Positions 40,962 to 50,598 of a stretch of DNA of 64,000 nucleotides are shown here, piece after piece. The notes under the pieces are model-generated. The model saw only the letters and a list, made by a program, of their open reading frames with translations. It searched no databases and had not been told where the DNA came from. This DNA comes from Parcubacteria group bacterium M10-OD1-1. GTDB lineage: Bacteria > Patescibacteriota > Minisyncoccia > Moranbacterales > UBA2206. Both the position numbers and the translations under genes were made by a program. Location of the stretch: positions 73,993 to 137,992 of the forward strand of contig LSNL01000003.1 of the NCBI GenBank assembly GCA_003056145.1. The letters are read 5' to 3'. The stretch's first letter is position 1. Each line of letters begins with the position of its first letter.

Positions 40962-43043
40962 TTATTCTAGATGAATATTTTCAGAAAATTTTTGAAGAGA
41001 ATCTTTTAAAGCTAAATGTTTTTTCAAAAAAGGATCGTGTTTTAAAATAGCAGTAGCTTCTAGTTGAGCAAATTTAATCAGTTTAATATTAGTTAAATTT
41101 TCCATTGTGATATCAGGAATTCCTGATTGAATTGTGCCAAAGAATTGTCCGGGACCACGTAATTTGAGATCTTGCTCGGCGATTTTAAATCCGTCGTTGG
41201 TTTTTTCTAAAGCTTTTAGTCTTAAGGAATTAATTTTGGAAAAGAGAAAACAATAAGATTGACATATCCCTCTACCGACTCTTCCTCGGAACTGATGAAG
41301 TTGAGCTAATCCAAAGCGTTCAGCATTTTCTATAATCATAACAGTAGCGTTAGGAATATCAATACCAACTTCAATTACAGAAGTGGAAACTAGAATCTGA
41401 AGTTGATTATTTTTAAAATTTTGCATTATTTTTTCTTTTTCTTTGGGCTTAAGTTTTCCATGTAAAAGTCCTAGTGTGAATTCAGGAAAAACTTCAGTCG
41501 CTAGGCGTTGATGCTCCTCTATGACTGCTTTGACATTAGTTAAAGATTGGGACTCTTTAACTAATGGAAGAATAATAAAAGCTTGATGTCCTAAATTAAT
41601 TTCTTGGCGAATAAAATTATAAACTGCTAAGCGTTTATTGGGTGAAATAATCTTTGTTTTGACGGGTTTTCTATTTTTTGGTAATTCATCCAAAACAGAA
41701 AGATTTAAACTACCAAAAAGAGCAATTGTTAAAGTTCGAGGAATGGGCGTGGCTGTCATTGTTAAAAGATGAGGAATAGTTTGAGGAGTTTTATTTTTTA
41801 GCTGTAAAGTTTTTTCTTGCAATTCAGCTCTTTGCGCTACTCCAAAACGATGCTGTTCATCAATAACAACAAAAGCTAAATTTTTGAATTGGACATCTTT
41901 TTGAATAAGGGCATGAGTTCCAACTATTAAATCTATTTTTCCTAATCCAATTTTTTTTAATAAATCATCTCTTTTTTGAATGGTTTTTTGAGAATTAAGA
42001 ATTTTGTTGGAGCCTGTTAATAAAGCAATTTTAAAATTATAGTTTTTAAATGATTGACAGAAATTTTCGAAATGTTGATAAGCTAGAATTTCCGTGGGAG
42101 CCATAATAGCCACTTGATAACCAGCGGAAATTATCTGTAGAGAAGCGATAATAGCCAAGACAGTCTTTCCAGCTCCAACATCGCCGTTTAAAAGACGATT
42201 CATTGGTTGAGTTTTTTCTAAATCTTTAAGAATCTCAATATTAGCTTTCTTTTGAGCTGCAGTTAAAGTGAAGGGTAAATCCTTAATAAAAGTGTTTATT
42301 AAATCTAGAGGAGTTTTAAGAGGAAAGGACTTTTGATTTTTCCATTCTTTTTTTATTTGAAGTGCTCGTAATTGGACTAAAAGCATCTCTTCGAAAGCCA
42401 ATCTTTTTTGAGCAATTTTTAATTTTTCTTCTGAACTAGGAAAATGAATTTGTAAAATAGCTCGTTTAAGATGGTAGAGTTTATATTTTTTGAGTAATTT
42501 TTTAGGTAAAGGATCGATTAGTTGTTCTACATAAGGGAGAAGAAGTTTTATTTGCCAGCGAATCCATTTAGAAGTTATTCCAGTGGTTTCTCGGTAAATT
42601 GGAACCAAACATCCAGTATTAGTTTTTTCTCGAGTAACTTTTTCAAAAGAGGGATTAGCCATAGTAAAAATTTTTCCATCTAAATCTAATTTTCCAGAAA
42701 GTCTAATGGCGGTATTAACTTTGAAAGATTCTAAAATAAAAGGTTGATTAAACCAAACAGCTTTTAAAGGTGTGTCATTTTCATCAACTAATCTAATTTC
42801 TGTAAGAGTCAGGCGTTTTTTAAAAATTCGGCGATTAGTAGTTTTGATAATTTTTCCTTCTATAGTAATATTTTGATTTAAATAGTCCGATGATAAGGAA
42901 ACAATTTTTGAAAAGTCATCATAACGAGTTGGAAAATAGAATAAAAAATCGGCAACTGTTACTAATCCTAATTTTTTTAAAGCTTTTTGATATTTCGGTT
43001 GAATCCGAGTAATATTTTTTAGGGGAGAATAAATAGTAGTCAT
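40962..43043 (-). CDS. recG: ATP-dependent DNA helicase RecG
   Basis: Wedge domain N-terminus, DVGAGKT (Walker A), DEQHRFG (DEAH box). Confidence 0.9.
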   Translation of the reverse strand: MTTIYSPLKNITRIQPKYQKALKKLGLVTVADFLFYFPTRYDDFSKIVSLSSDYLNQNITIEGKIIKTTNRRIFKKRLTLTEIRLVDENDTPLKAVWFNQPFILESFKVNTAIRLSGKLDLDGKIFTMANPSFEKVTREKTNTGCLVPIYRETTGITSKWIRWQIKLLLPYVEQLIDPLPKKLLKKYKLYHLKRAILQIHFPSSEEKLKIAQKRLAFEEMLLVQLRALQIKKEWKNQKSFPLKTPLDLINTFIKDLPFTLTAAQKKANIEILKDLEKTQPMNRLLNGDVGAGKTVLAIIASLQIISAGYQVAIMAPTEILAYQHFENFCQSFKNYNFKIALLTGSNKILNSQKTIQKRDDLLKKIGLGKIDLIVGTHALIQKDVQFKNLAFVVIDEQHRFGVAQRAELQEKTLQLKNKTPQTIPHLLTMTATPIPRTLTIALFGSLNLSVLDELPKNRKPVKTKIISPNKRLAVYNFIRQEINLGHQAFIILPLVKESQSLTNVKAVIEEHQRLATEVFPEFTLGLLHGKLKPKEKEKIMQNFKNNQLQILVSTSVIEVGIDIPNATVMIIENAERFGLAQLHQFRGRVGRGICQSYCFLFSKINSLRLKALEKTNDGFKIAEQDLKLRGPGQFFGTIQSGIPDITMENLTNIKLIKFAQLEATAILKHDPFLKKHLALKDSLQKFSENIHLE

Positions 43044-43137
43044 ATAGATAGTATAATATATCTAGAGAAATGCACAAAATGTACGAATGTGCTAAAATTA
43101 TTGTAAGGATTAAATTAAATTTAATAAAATTTAAACT

Positions 43138-44034
43138 ATGACTGAAATGAAGAAGGCTGACATTAAAGTAGGATTTTTATGTAATAATAATTGCTTTTTT
43201 TGTGTCCAGGGACATAAAAAAATTTTTGGTAATAAAACAACTAGAGAAATTAAAGCTTCTATAAAGGAAGCTAGAAAAGATTGTGAAATAGTCGTTTTTA
43301 CTGGAGGAGAGCCAACTATTAGAGAGGATATTTTAGAATTGGTGAGTTTTGCTAAAAATTTAAAATTTAAAATTATTCAAATTCAATCAAATGGTAGAAT
43401 GTTTGCTTATAAAGATTTCTGCCAAAAAATAGTTAACGCTGGAGCTAACGAGTTCGCTTTAGCTTTACATGGACATAAAGCTGATTTACATAATTATTTG
43501 ACCCAACAAAATAGTTTCCTTCAAGTGGTTAAAGGAATTAATAATCTTAAAAAAATGAATCAATCAGTGATAATGAATACTGTGATTGTAAAGTCTAATT
43601 ACAGATATCTTCCAGAAATTACAAAACTTCTTATCGGACTTAATGTGGATCAGATTCAATTTGCTTTTGTCCATGCTCTTGGTGCAGCGAAAGATAATTT
43701 TGACAAAGTAATCCCTAGAATTAGCCTGGTTATTCCTTTCCTTGTAAAATCTTTAAAATTAGGTACTCGTTTTAATAAGAAAATAATGGTGGAGGCTATT
43801 CCCCCTTGTTTTTTAAAAGATTTTCAAGAACATATTTCTGAAAATAGTATGCCAGAAATGAAAATTTTTGATTTGGATAATATTGTAGATAATTTTAAAG
43901 AAGCTAGAATAGTAGAAGGAAAAATGAAAAATACAAAATGTAAAAAATGTACTTTATTTTCAGTGTGTGAAGGTCCATGGAAAGAATATCCAGAAAGATT
44001 TGGTTGGGACGAATTTAAGCCAGTAATAAAATAA
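43138..44034 (+). CDS. Radical SAM protein (CNNNCxFC / GGEPT paralog group), C-terminal Cys cluster
   Basis: FLCNNNCFFCVQG (CxxxCxxC), TGGEPT, C-terminal CKKCTLFSVCEG. Confidence 0.8.
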   Translation: MTEMKKADIKVGFLCNNNCFFCVQGHKKIFGNKTTREIKASIKEARKDCEIVVFTGGEPTIREDILELVSFAKNLKFKIIQIQSNGRMFAYKDFCQKIVNAGANEFALALHGHKADLHNYLTQQNSFLQVVKGINNLKKMNQSVIMNTVIVKSNYRYLPEITKLLIGLNVDQIQFAFVHALGAAKDNFDKVIPRISLVIPFLVKSLKLGTRFNKKIMVEAIPPCFLKDFQEHISENSMPEMKIFDLDNIVDNFKEARIVEGKMKNTKCKKCTLFSVCEGPWKEYPERFGWDEFKPVIK

Positions 44035-44036
44035 AA

Positions 44037-45170
44037 ATGAAAAAGGAGAAGTTAAAATTAAAAGACACTATTGCTAAAGAAAAACGTCATTGGGTGAGAA
44101 TTACTAACTCTTGCAATAATAATTGTCTTTTTTGCTTAGACAAGGAAAATCAAGATGGAACTTTTGTTTCTTTTCAAGAAATTGTAAAAGAGTTTAAGAA
44201 AGGACTATCGCTGGGTGCAAAGCGGGTTATTATTTCTGGGGGAGATCCAACGATTCATCCTGATATTTTTAAAATTATCAAAAAAGCTAATTCAATAGGT
44301 TATAGTCATGTACAGATGATAAGTAATGGGAGAATGTTAGCTTATGGTGATTTTGCAAAAAAACTGAAAGAAGCAGGTTTAGATGAAATTACTATATCAA
44401 TGCATAGCCATATTAAAGAAAAGTTAGAGAAAATGACTCAAATAAAAGGGAGTTATGATCAAGCAATGAGGGGGCTTATAAATGCTTTGAAATATAAATT
44501 TATTGTGAGTGTGGATATTGTTATAAATAAAATAAATTATAAAACATTAGGAGACTCATTGAAATTCTTTATAAAATTAGGTGTTTCTGAATTTGATTTA
44601 TTATATGTAATCCCTTTTGGGAGTGCTTGGAAAAATAGAAAAAAACTTTTTTTTTCACCAGAAAAAGCCAAGGACTATCTAGATAAAGCATTTGAGTTAT
44701 CAGATAATCCAGATTTATTTATTTGGACCAATAGATTACCAGCTATTTTTTTAGAGGGCTACGAACATTTAATTCAAAACCCCATTAAGCTTAAAGATGA
44801 AGTTAATGGAACGCAAAAAGAATTTGAAGCATATATATTTAATAATAAAGAAAGGAATTGCAAAGGAGAGAGATGCAAATATTGTTTTATGAAAGATTTC
44901 TGTAGTGATTTGGAAGCTATTAAAAAAGAAGGCAAGTTAACTTCAAAAACTGAACCTATTTGTATATCAAAAAAAAAGGTAAAAAAATATACATTCAAAC
45001 TGGATAAAAAGTTTGATGTATATAATTTTCTAGATTTTTATATTCAGCATCGATATTTTGTAAAAAGTTTAAGATGTACTAATTGTCGTTATAATAATAA
45101 TTGTTCTGGTGCTCACATTGAAAAAATTAGAAAGGAAGGATTTAAAATTTTAAAACCAATTAAAGAATAA
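44037..45170 (+). CDS. Radical SAM protein (same paralog group), extended Cys-rich C-terminus
   Basis: SCNNNCLFCLD, SGGDPT, C-terminal CKGERCKYCFMKDFC...CTNCRYNNNCSGAH. Confidence 0.8.
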   Translation: MKKEKLKLKDTIAKEKRHWVRITNSCNNNCLFCLDKENQDGTFVSFQEIVKEFKKGLSLGAKRVIISGGDPTIHPDIFKIIKKANSIGYSHVQMISNGRMLAYGDFAKKLKEAGLDEITISMHSHIKEKLEKMTQIKGSYDQAMRGLINALKYKFIVSVDIVINKINYKTLGDSLKFFIKLGVSEFDLLYVIPFGSAWKNRKKLFFSPEKAKDYLDKAFELSDNPDLFIWTNRLPAIFLEGYEHLIQNPIKLKDEVNGTQKEFEAYIFNNKERNCKGERCKYCFMKDFCSDLEAIKKEGKLTSKTEPICISKKKVKKYTFKLDKKFDVYNFLDFYIQHRYFVKSLRCTNCRYNNNCSGAHIEKIRKEGFKILKPIKE

Positions 45171-45274
45171 TTGCGGAATAAGAAATCAATACTAAATTCA
45201 GAGTTAGTTAATTATATAAAGTATGCTAAAAAGTTAAAATACAAAAATATTATTAATTTTCTTGATTATTATAT

Positions 45275-47068
45275 ATGAAAATAAAAAATTGTCATAAGGA
45301 TGAGAAAACATTTAAGTGTGAAAATCCTAAGATTACGCTAAGCAAGCTAGAAAAAGCGTTTGATGAATTAGGATTAGATGTTGAATATACAGGGAGAGTT
45401 TTTTGTAAGGACACTTTATATTCCGGGTCTCTTATAATTCCTTCATTAAATTATATTGTTAATGGAAAGGGTATCTCTTATGAACTTGCTAAGGCTAGTG
45501 CCTATTCAGAAATGGCCGAGAGAATTTCTTGTGGATTTTTTAATTTTTTTCCAGTAAAAAATCAGAGTAAAAAAAACTTAATTGATAAGAAAAAACTATT
45601 TGATTTTTACTACTTTTCTTATCAAAAAGGTTATAGACATGGGCGGCAAAGCTTATTTGAGAATTCTCTAAAGATTGAAAATATATTTAAAAAACAAGGG
45701 TTATCCAAAAAAGAAGTAGAAAAAATAAAAAAAAGTGAAGTGGCTCAGCATTGGGTAAATGGATATTCTCTATCTAGACAGAAAAATATAAAGGTCCCGT
45801 TGAGATTGATTCATCGAATTTCTGGGACCAATGGTTTAGCGTCTGGTAACACACTTGAAGAAGCTATTGTTCATGGAGCTAATGAAGTTTTTGAGAGATT
45901 TATTTTATTTAAAGTCGTAAAGGAAAAAAAGATTTTACCTACGATCAGAATTTCTTCAATAAAAGATGGTTTTATTCTGAAAATAATAAAATACTTTAAG
46001 AAAAATAATATTGATATAATAATCAAGGATTGCTCTTCAGATGGACATATTCCGTGTATAGGAATTTTATTTATTAATAATAATATTAGGAATAGCAAAA
46101 ATTCAGTAGAAAAAAAGACAAAGTATTTAAGGTGGTATACGGAGGTATCGTTTAATTATAAAGAAGCAATTATCAGATGCTTCACCTCATATACGCAAGG
46201 AATATCAAAAGTGACTGATTTAAAAAAATCAAAAAGTATGGAAGTTCTTTGGAAAGAATGGTTCAGTGAGTTTCCTTTAAAGTCTAATGACAATAAAAAA
46301 TACAGCTATTTATCTAAAAAAAATTTTTATGAAGGTGATTTAGGATTTCTTAAAAAAGGTGGAAAAGTTAGTATAAAAAATATCCAGGAAGGTAAAGAGA
46401 CTAACGATTGCGTTGAAGAAATTAATAAAATAAAATCAATTTGTAAATTTTTAGGTACGGAATTAATTGTTATTGACCAGACTCATCCAGTTTTGAATTT
46501 TCCTGCAGTTAGAATTATTATTCCAGGGGTATCTGATGAAATGAATGCTGAGTATAAAGATAAATTTGATATTGAGAGAATAACTTTGCCGATAGAAAAA
46601 TATTGGACAAAAGAATTTTATGATTTTATTATAAGTAGTAAATGGACAAAAACAAATCAAGGAATAAAAAGTTTGATTGTAGAGATAGAAAAATATATAG
46701 TCACTTTTCCTTTTAATTTTGTTATACAAACATCAGGAGTAGGTAACAGAACTATTAATTTATTTGAATTACTTTTGTCGCTCTATATTAAAATAGGAGG
46801 AGATATTAAATTGGTAAACTGTTTAAATGTTTTGTCAGGATTATATCCGGACGAAGAAAAATTATATAAAACTTTACGTACTTTGGCTACTTCTAATAAG
46901 ATAAAAGAAATGAAAGAAGTTTTGAAACAAACAAGAGGTTGTTACCGGTTTATGCTTAGCCAAGGAAATAATAATCCTTTTATTAATTGGTGCGATAAAT
47001 CATGTGAAAATAGGTGTGTTAGAAATTTTGAAATTAATCTTAAAAAACTTCTTAAAAGTTTTTATTAA
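45275..47068 (+). CDS. YcaO-domain protein (E. coli YcaO-like, stand-alone type)
   Basis: NGKGISYELAKASAYSEMAERIS and NGLASGNTLEEAIVHGANEVFERF match the two YcaO ATP-binding signature blocks. The N-terminus aligns with E. coli YcaO. 597 aa. Confidence 0.8.
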   Translation: MKIKNCHKDEKTFKCENPKITLSKLEKAFDELGLDVEYTGRVFCKDTLYSGSLIIPSLNYIVNGKGISYELAKASAYSEMAERISCGFFNFFPVKNQSKKNLIDKKKLFDFYYFSYQKGYRHGRQSLFENSLKIENIFKKQGLSKKEVEKIKKSEVAQHWVNGYSLSRQKNIKVPLRLIHRISGTNGLASGNTLEEAIVHGANEVFERFILFKVVKEKKILPTIRISSIKDGFILKIIKYFKKNNIDIIIKDCSSDGHIPCIGILFINNNIRNSKNSVEKKTKYLRWYTEVSFNYKEAIIRCFTSYTQGISKVTDLKKSKSMEVLWKEWFSEFPLKSNDNKKYSYLSKKNFYEGDLGFLKKGGKVSIKNIQEGKETNDCVEEINKIKSICKFLGTELIVIDQTHPVLNFPAVRIIIPGVSDEMNAEYKDKFDIERITLPIEKYWTKEFYDFIISSKWTKTNQGIKSLIVEIEKYIVTFPFNFVIQTSGVGNRTINLFELLLSLYIKIGGDIKLVNCLNVLSGLYPDEEKLYKTLRTLATSNKIKEMKEVLKQTRGCYRFMLSQGNNNPFINWCDKSCENRCVRNFEINLKKLLKSFY

Positions 47069-47082
47069 AAATAAAAAATAAT

Positions 47083-48018
47083 ATGGCAAAAATAGGATAT
47101 ATCCAAGTAACTCGTACTTGTAATCAAAAATGTATAATTTGTTCTAATCCTCCTAATGAAAAAGTGTTAAGTCTACAAACAGCCAAACTGGAAATAGATA
47201 AATTAAAAAATAATGGTTGCACAGGAGTTATTCTTACAGGAGGAGAACCAACTCTTTATGAGAAATTACCAGAGCTAATTAGATATAGCTTTAAGAAAAA
47301 TATTTTTCCTAGAATTATTACTAATGGGCAAAAAATAGCTAAGCTAAGATATTTAAAAACTCTTCAACGAGCTGGATTAAAACATATACATCTTTCTATT
47401 TTTTCTTATCAAAGTAAAATTCAAGCTAAAATTTCTCAGAATAATCATTCACTTTATAATATAAAAAGGGCTTTAGACAACTTAAACAAAGTAGAAGGCA
47501 TAACCGTTGATGTTAATACGGCTATTAGTAAATATAATGCTAATCATTTATCTAAAACGGTTCAATGGATTGTAAAAAATTATCCTTTTATAAATCATTT
47601 TGTATTTAATAATCTAGATCCTTATATGAATAGAGCCATGAAGAATCCTCAGATAATTCCCACTCTTAATGATTTTGAATTAGAGCTACACAGAGCTTTA
47701 AGTTTTTTAGAAAAAAATAAAAAAACTTTTCGAGTTGAGAAAGTCCCGTTGTGTTATTTGACGGACTATGAGCATGTTTCTACAGAAACTCGAAAAATTG
47801 TTAAGAAAGAGAGCAGAACAGTGTATTTTTTAGATGAGAAGAAGAGAGTAACTCAAAAAAGCTGGTTTTCTAGAAAAACAGATGACTGTCAACAATGTTC
47901 TTTGAAAAATATTTGTTCAGGATTGTATGCTATTGGGGGTTTTTATAAAGAGACAGAATTATATGCTGTCTTTGAAGATCCGAAAAAAATAATTAAAAAA
48001 ATTAGACAAAACCAATGA
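47083..48018 (+). CDS. Radical SAM protein (same paralog group)
   Basis: TRTCNQKCIICSN, TGGEPT, C-terminal CQQCSLKNICSG. Confidence 0.8.
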   Translation: MAKIGYIQVTRTCNQKCIICSNPPNEKVLSLQTAKLEIDKLKNNGCTGVILTGGEPTLYEKLPELIRYSFKKNIFPRIITNGQKIAKLRYLKTLQRAGLKHIHLSIFSYQSKIQAKISQNNHSLYNIKRALDNLNKVEGITVDVNTAISKYNANHLSKTVQWIVKNYPFINHFVFNNLDPYMNRAMKNPQIIPTLNDFELELHRALSFLEKNKKTFRVEKVPLCYLTDYEHVSTETRKIVKKESRTVYFLDEKKRVTQKSWFSRKTDDCQQCSLKNICSGLYAIGGFYKETELYAVFEDPKKIIKKIRQNQ

Positions 48019-48965
48019 TTTTTAATTATTTATTTCTGGGAGTAATTTTATTAGTTAGTTTGGTAATTTGTTGGGAAGACATTCAGCATAAAAAAATTAG
48101 AAACAAATTAATTCTAATTGGTTTGCTCTTAGGCGCTATTTTATTCGGAGGCTCATATTTTTTAGGATGGATTAATAATTATTATTTAAAAGTTGTTTTC
48201 TTTAACACTGTAATTGCGATAGTAGTTAGTTTTTTAATTTGGAAAATGGGATTTTGGCCAGCTGGAGATAGCAAATATTTTATATTGATAGCTTTTCTTT
48301 TACCAATACATTATTATAATAAGTCATACTTGGAATATTTTCCTTCTTTTATCTTATTAGTGAATATATTTATTTTATTCGTAGGAATTATTTTAGTTAA
48401 AGTAATATATTTTAACTCAAGAAGTTTTATAATCTTTTCAGCCAAAACAAACAGAGGAGAGCTTAAGCAAAAATTTTTTCAAGTAGTGAATACTCTTATA
48501 GTCAATATGCAAAATGTAAGTAACTGGAAAAAATGGGGGAAGGGGATGCTATTAGGGGGAATGATGTATTTTATTCTAAGTTTTTTTATTTATAAACGGA
48601 GTATTGATTTAGTGCCTTTCTTTATATATTCAACGGCCTTTGGCTTATTTGATGTTATTTTTAATTTTTACAATCAATCATTTGCTAAAAAATCTATAGA
48701 CATTATTAATTTACAGCCAAAAATGAATTTAGCTGATGAGTTTCCAAGCGATTTAAAAAAAGATAAAGAAAGAATAGAGAAAATTGGGAAATTAAGGCCA
48801 GACGGATTAGATAAACAACAGGTAAGAGTTATTAAAGAATACTATATCAGTAAAGACTTGAAGCAGATTTATATTTATAAAACAATTCCTTTTTCAATCT
48901 GGATATTTATTGGTACGGTAATAACAATAATTTTTCAAAGAAATATTATCCAGATTATTTTATAA
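48015..48965 (+). CDS. Polytopic membrane protein with an N-terminal A24-like (prepilin-peptidase/TadV-type) aspartic peptidase signature
   Basis: WEDIQHK... (first Asp) and WPAGDSKYFILIAF (GxGD-type second Asp) about 65 aa apart, then about 190 aa of extra TM region. Confidence 0.4.
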   Translation: MIFNYLFLGVILLVSLVICWEDIQHKKIRNKLILIGLLLGAILFGGSYFLGWINNYYLKVVFFNTVIAIVVSFLIWKMGFWPAGDSKYFILIAFLLPIHYYNKSYLEYFPSFILLVNIFILFVGIILVKVIYFNSRSFIIFSAKTNRGELKQKFFQVVNTLIVNMQNVSNWKKWGKGMLLGGMMYFILSFFIYKRSIDLVPFFIYSTAFGLFDVIFNFYNQSFAKKSIDIINLQPKMNLADEFPSDLKKDKERIEKIGKLRPDGLDKQQVRVIKEYYISKDLKQIYIYKTIPFSIWIFIGTVITIIFQRNIIQIIL

Positions 48966-48980
48966 TATTTTCAAAAAAAG

Positions 48981-50576
48981 ATGAAATATTTTCAAGATTT
49001 TTTTTGGTTTAAAATGGGAATAGCTATTTTAACATCCTTTTTATACTTCTTTTCTTTTCCTGGCAATTTTAATGCGGGTTTGTTGTCATTTATCGCGTTA
49101 ATACCTTTCTTTTGGTCAATTACAAAAATTAAAAAATATTGGCAAGGAGCATTGTTGTCTTTCGTAGTTTTTTTTCTAGCTTTTTTATTAATTACTAATT
49201 GTTTCATAAAAATTAATATTATAATCTGGATAGTTGTAAGCTTAATATATTCTTTAATATATTATATCCCCTTAGGTTTAGCATTAGTTTATTTTAACAG
49301 AAAATATCAGGCTTATAATATTATAAATTATCCAGCTGTGTTCATTCTAATAGAATGGTCTAGGAGTTTTGGTATATTAGCTTTGCCCTTTGGAAATATT
49401 TCTAGTTCACTTTATCGGTACCCTTACCTCATTCAAATAGCTGCATTTCTCGGTGAATATTCGGTAAGTTTCTTGATTGTTATAGTCAATGTATCTTTAA
49501 TGGTAGTATTAAAATTTCTGCTAACACATAAAAAATTACTTAAAATAGAAAAAATTTTATTAACATTAGCTATAAGTATATTCATTCTTAATTTATTTAT
49601 TGGTATTTTTGAAATTAAGAAAAATCATCCTGAAATTGAAAGGAAAAGTATTAATGTGCTAGTCATAAATCCAAAAATAAAAAGTGATATTGGATCTGGT
49701 ATGAATAAAAAAGAGCTCGCAGATTATTCAGATGCACGTCTTAACTCAGTTATTAAATTGACCAATGATGCTATGAATAAGATTAGTTCTAATGTTGACT
49801 TAGTTATTTGGGGAGAGGCGACTATTATGAATGATGTTTTTTGGAAATATAAAAATGAGGGAGTTAACTATTATCCATCAAATAATGCAATAAAACTTAA
49901 ACAGTTTATTGCTCGGAAAGGGGTACCAGTTTTGCTAGGGGGCTATGTGTTCGAACTTAAACATGGTAAGATGATTTTTTTAAACAGCTCGGTACTTATA
50001 AATTCTAGCGGAGTGATTAAGCAGACTTACGAGAAAAATAAACTTATTATTTTTGGGGAGTATATTCCTAGTTATTTAAGATTTTTAATTCCTTATGCTA
50101 AGAAAATGGATCTTAAATCTAGACTGATATCTAAGAGTAGAACTGTCTTTAATATTGATGGTTTTAAGATAGTAACTCCCATATGTTTTGAAAATGGTTT
50201 TAACTCTTATCTGCGGGATTTATTGCGATCTGGAGATGTGGATTTAATCGCTAATATATCTGATGATAGTGTTTTTCGTAGCCAGTTTGAAGCTAGACAG
50301 CATTTTGCTGCTAATGTTTTCAGAGCAATAGAAAATCGAACAAATGTAGTGGAAGTTTCTAATTTTGGTATTAATGGAAAAATATCTAAGTATGGAATTA
50401 TCAGTAAAGACACTTCTTCTCAAGAAGGATATCTCTTGATAAATTTTAAAAAAAAAGAAGGAAAAATATTTACAACATTCTCAAAGTATGGTAATCTAAT
50501 AGTAGGAATTATAATTGTTAGTTATGTAATAGTTTTATTGATGATGTTTATTAACTTTTTTATTTCTAATAAATAA
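48981..50576 (+). CDS. Apolipoprotein N-acyltransferase-like protein (N-terminal polytopic domain plus C-terminal CN-hydrolase domain)
   Basis: VIWGEAT (Glu), PICFEN (catalytic Cys) in nitrilase-superfamily spacing. Six to eight N-terminal TM helices. Confidence 0.6.
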   Translation: MKYFQDFFWFKMGIAILTSFLYFFSFPGNFNAGLLSFIALIPFFWSITKIKKYWQGALLSFVVFFLAFLLITNCFIKINIIIWIVVSLIYSLIYYIPLGLALVYFNRKYQAYNIINYPAVFILIEWSRSFGILALPFGNISSSLYRYPYLIQIAAFLGEYSVSFLIVIVNVSLMVVLKFLLTHKKLLKIEKILLTLAISIFILNLFIGIFEIKKNHPEIERKSINVLVINPKIKSDIGSGMNKKELADYSDARLNSVIKLTNDAMNKISSNVDLVIWGEATIMNDVFWKYKNEGVNYYPSNNAIKLKQFIARKGVPVLLGGYVFELKHGKMIFLNSSVLINSSGVIKQTYEKNKLIIFGEYIPSYLRFLIPYAKKMDLKSRLISKSRTVFNIDGFKIVTPICFENGFNSYLRDLLRSGDVDLIANISDDSVFRSQFEARQHFAANVFRAIENRTNVVEVSNFGINGKISKYGIISKDTSSQEGYLLINFKKKEGKIFTTFSKYGNLIVGIIIVSYVIVLLMMFINFFISNK

Positions 50577-50598
50577 TTATTTTTTTTGATCTAAACTA

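Noticed and set aside
43044-43137. Inverted repeat tagata-N8-tatcta with an embedded TATAAT in the recG / rSAM divergent spacer
   Set aside because: It overlaps the recG start codon region and is AT-rich low-complexity sequence. It could be an operator or promoter for the rSAM block, but the evidence is too weak to call.
45275-47068. YcaO interpreted as the housekeeping partner of a RimO methylthiotransferase within this cluster
   Set aside because: None of the eight neighbouring rSAM proteins has the N-terminal MTTase (UPF0004) three-Cys domain or a TRAM domain. The YcaO is E. coli-like, but its local partners are not RimO.
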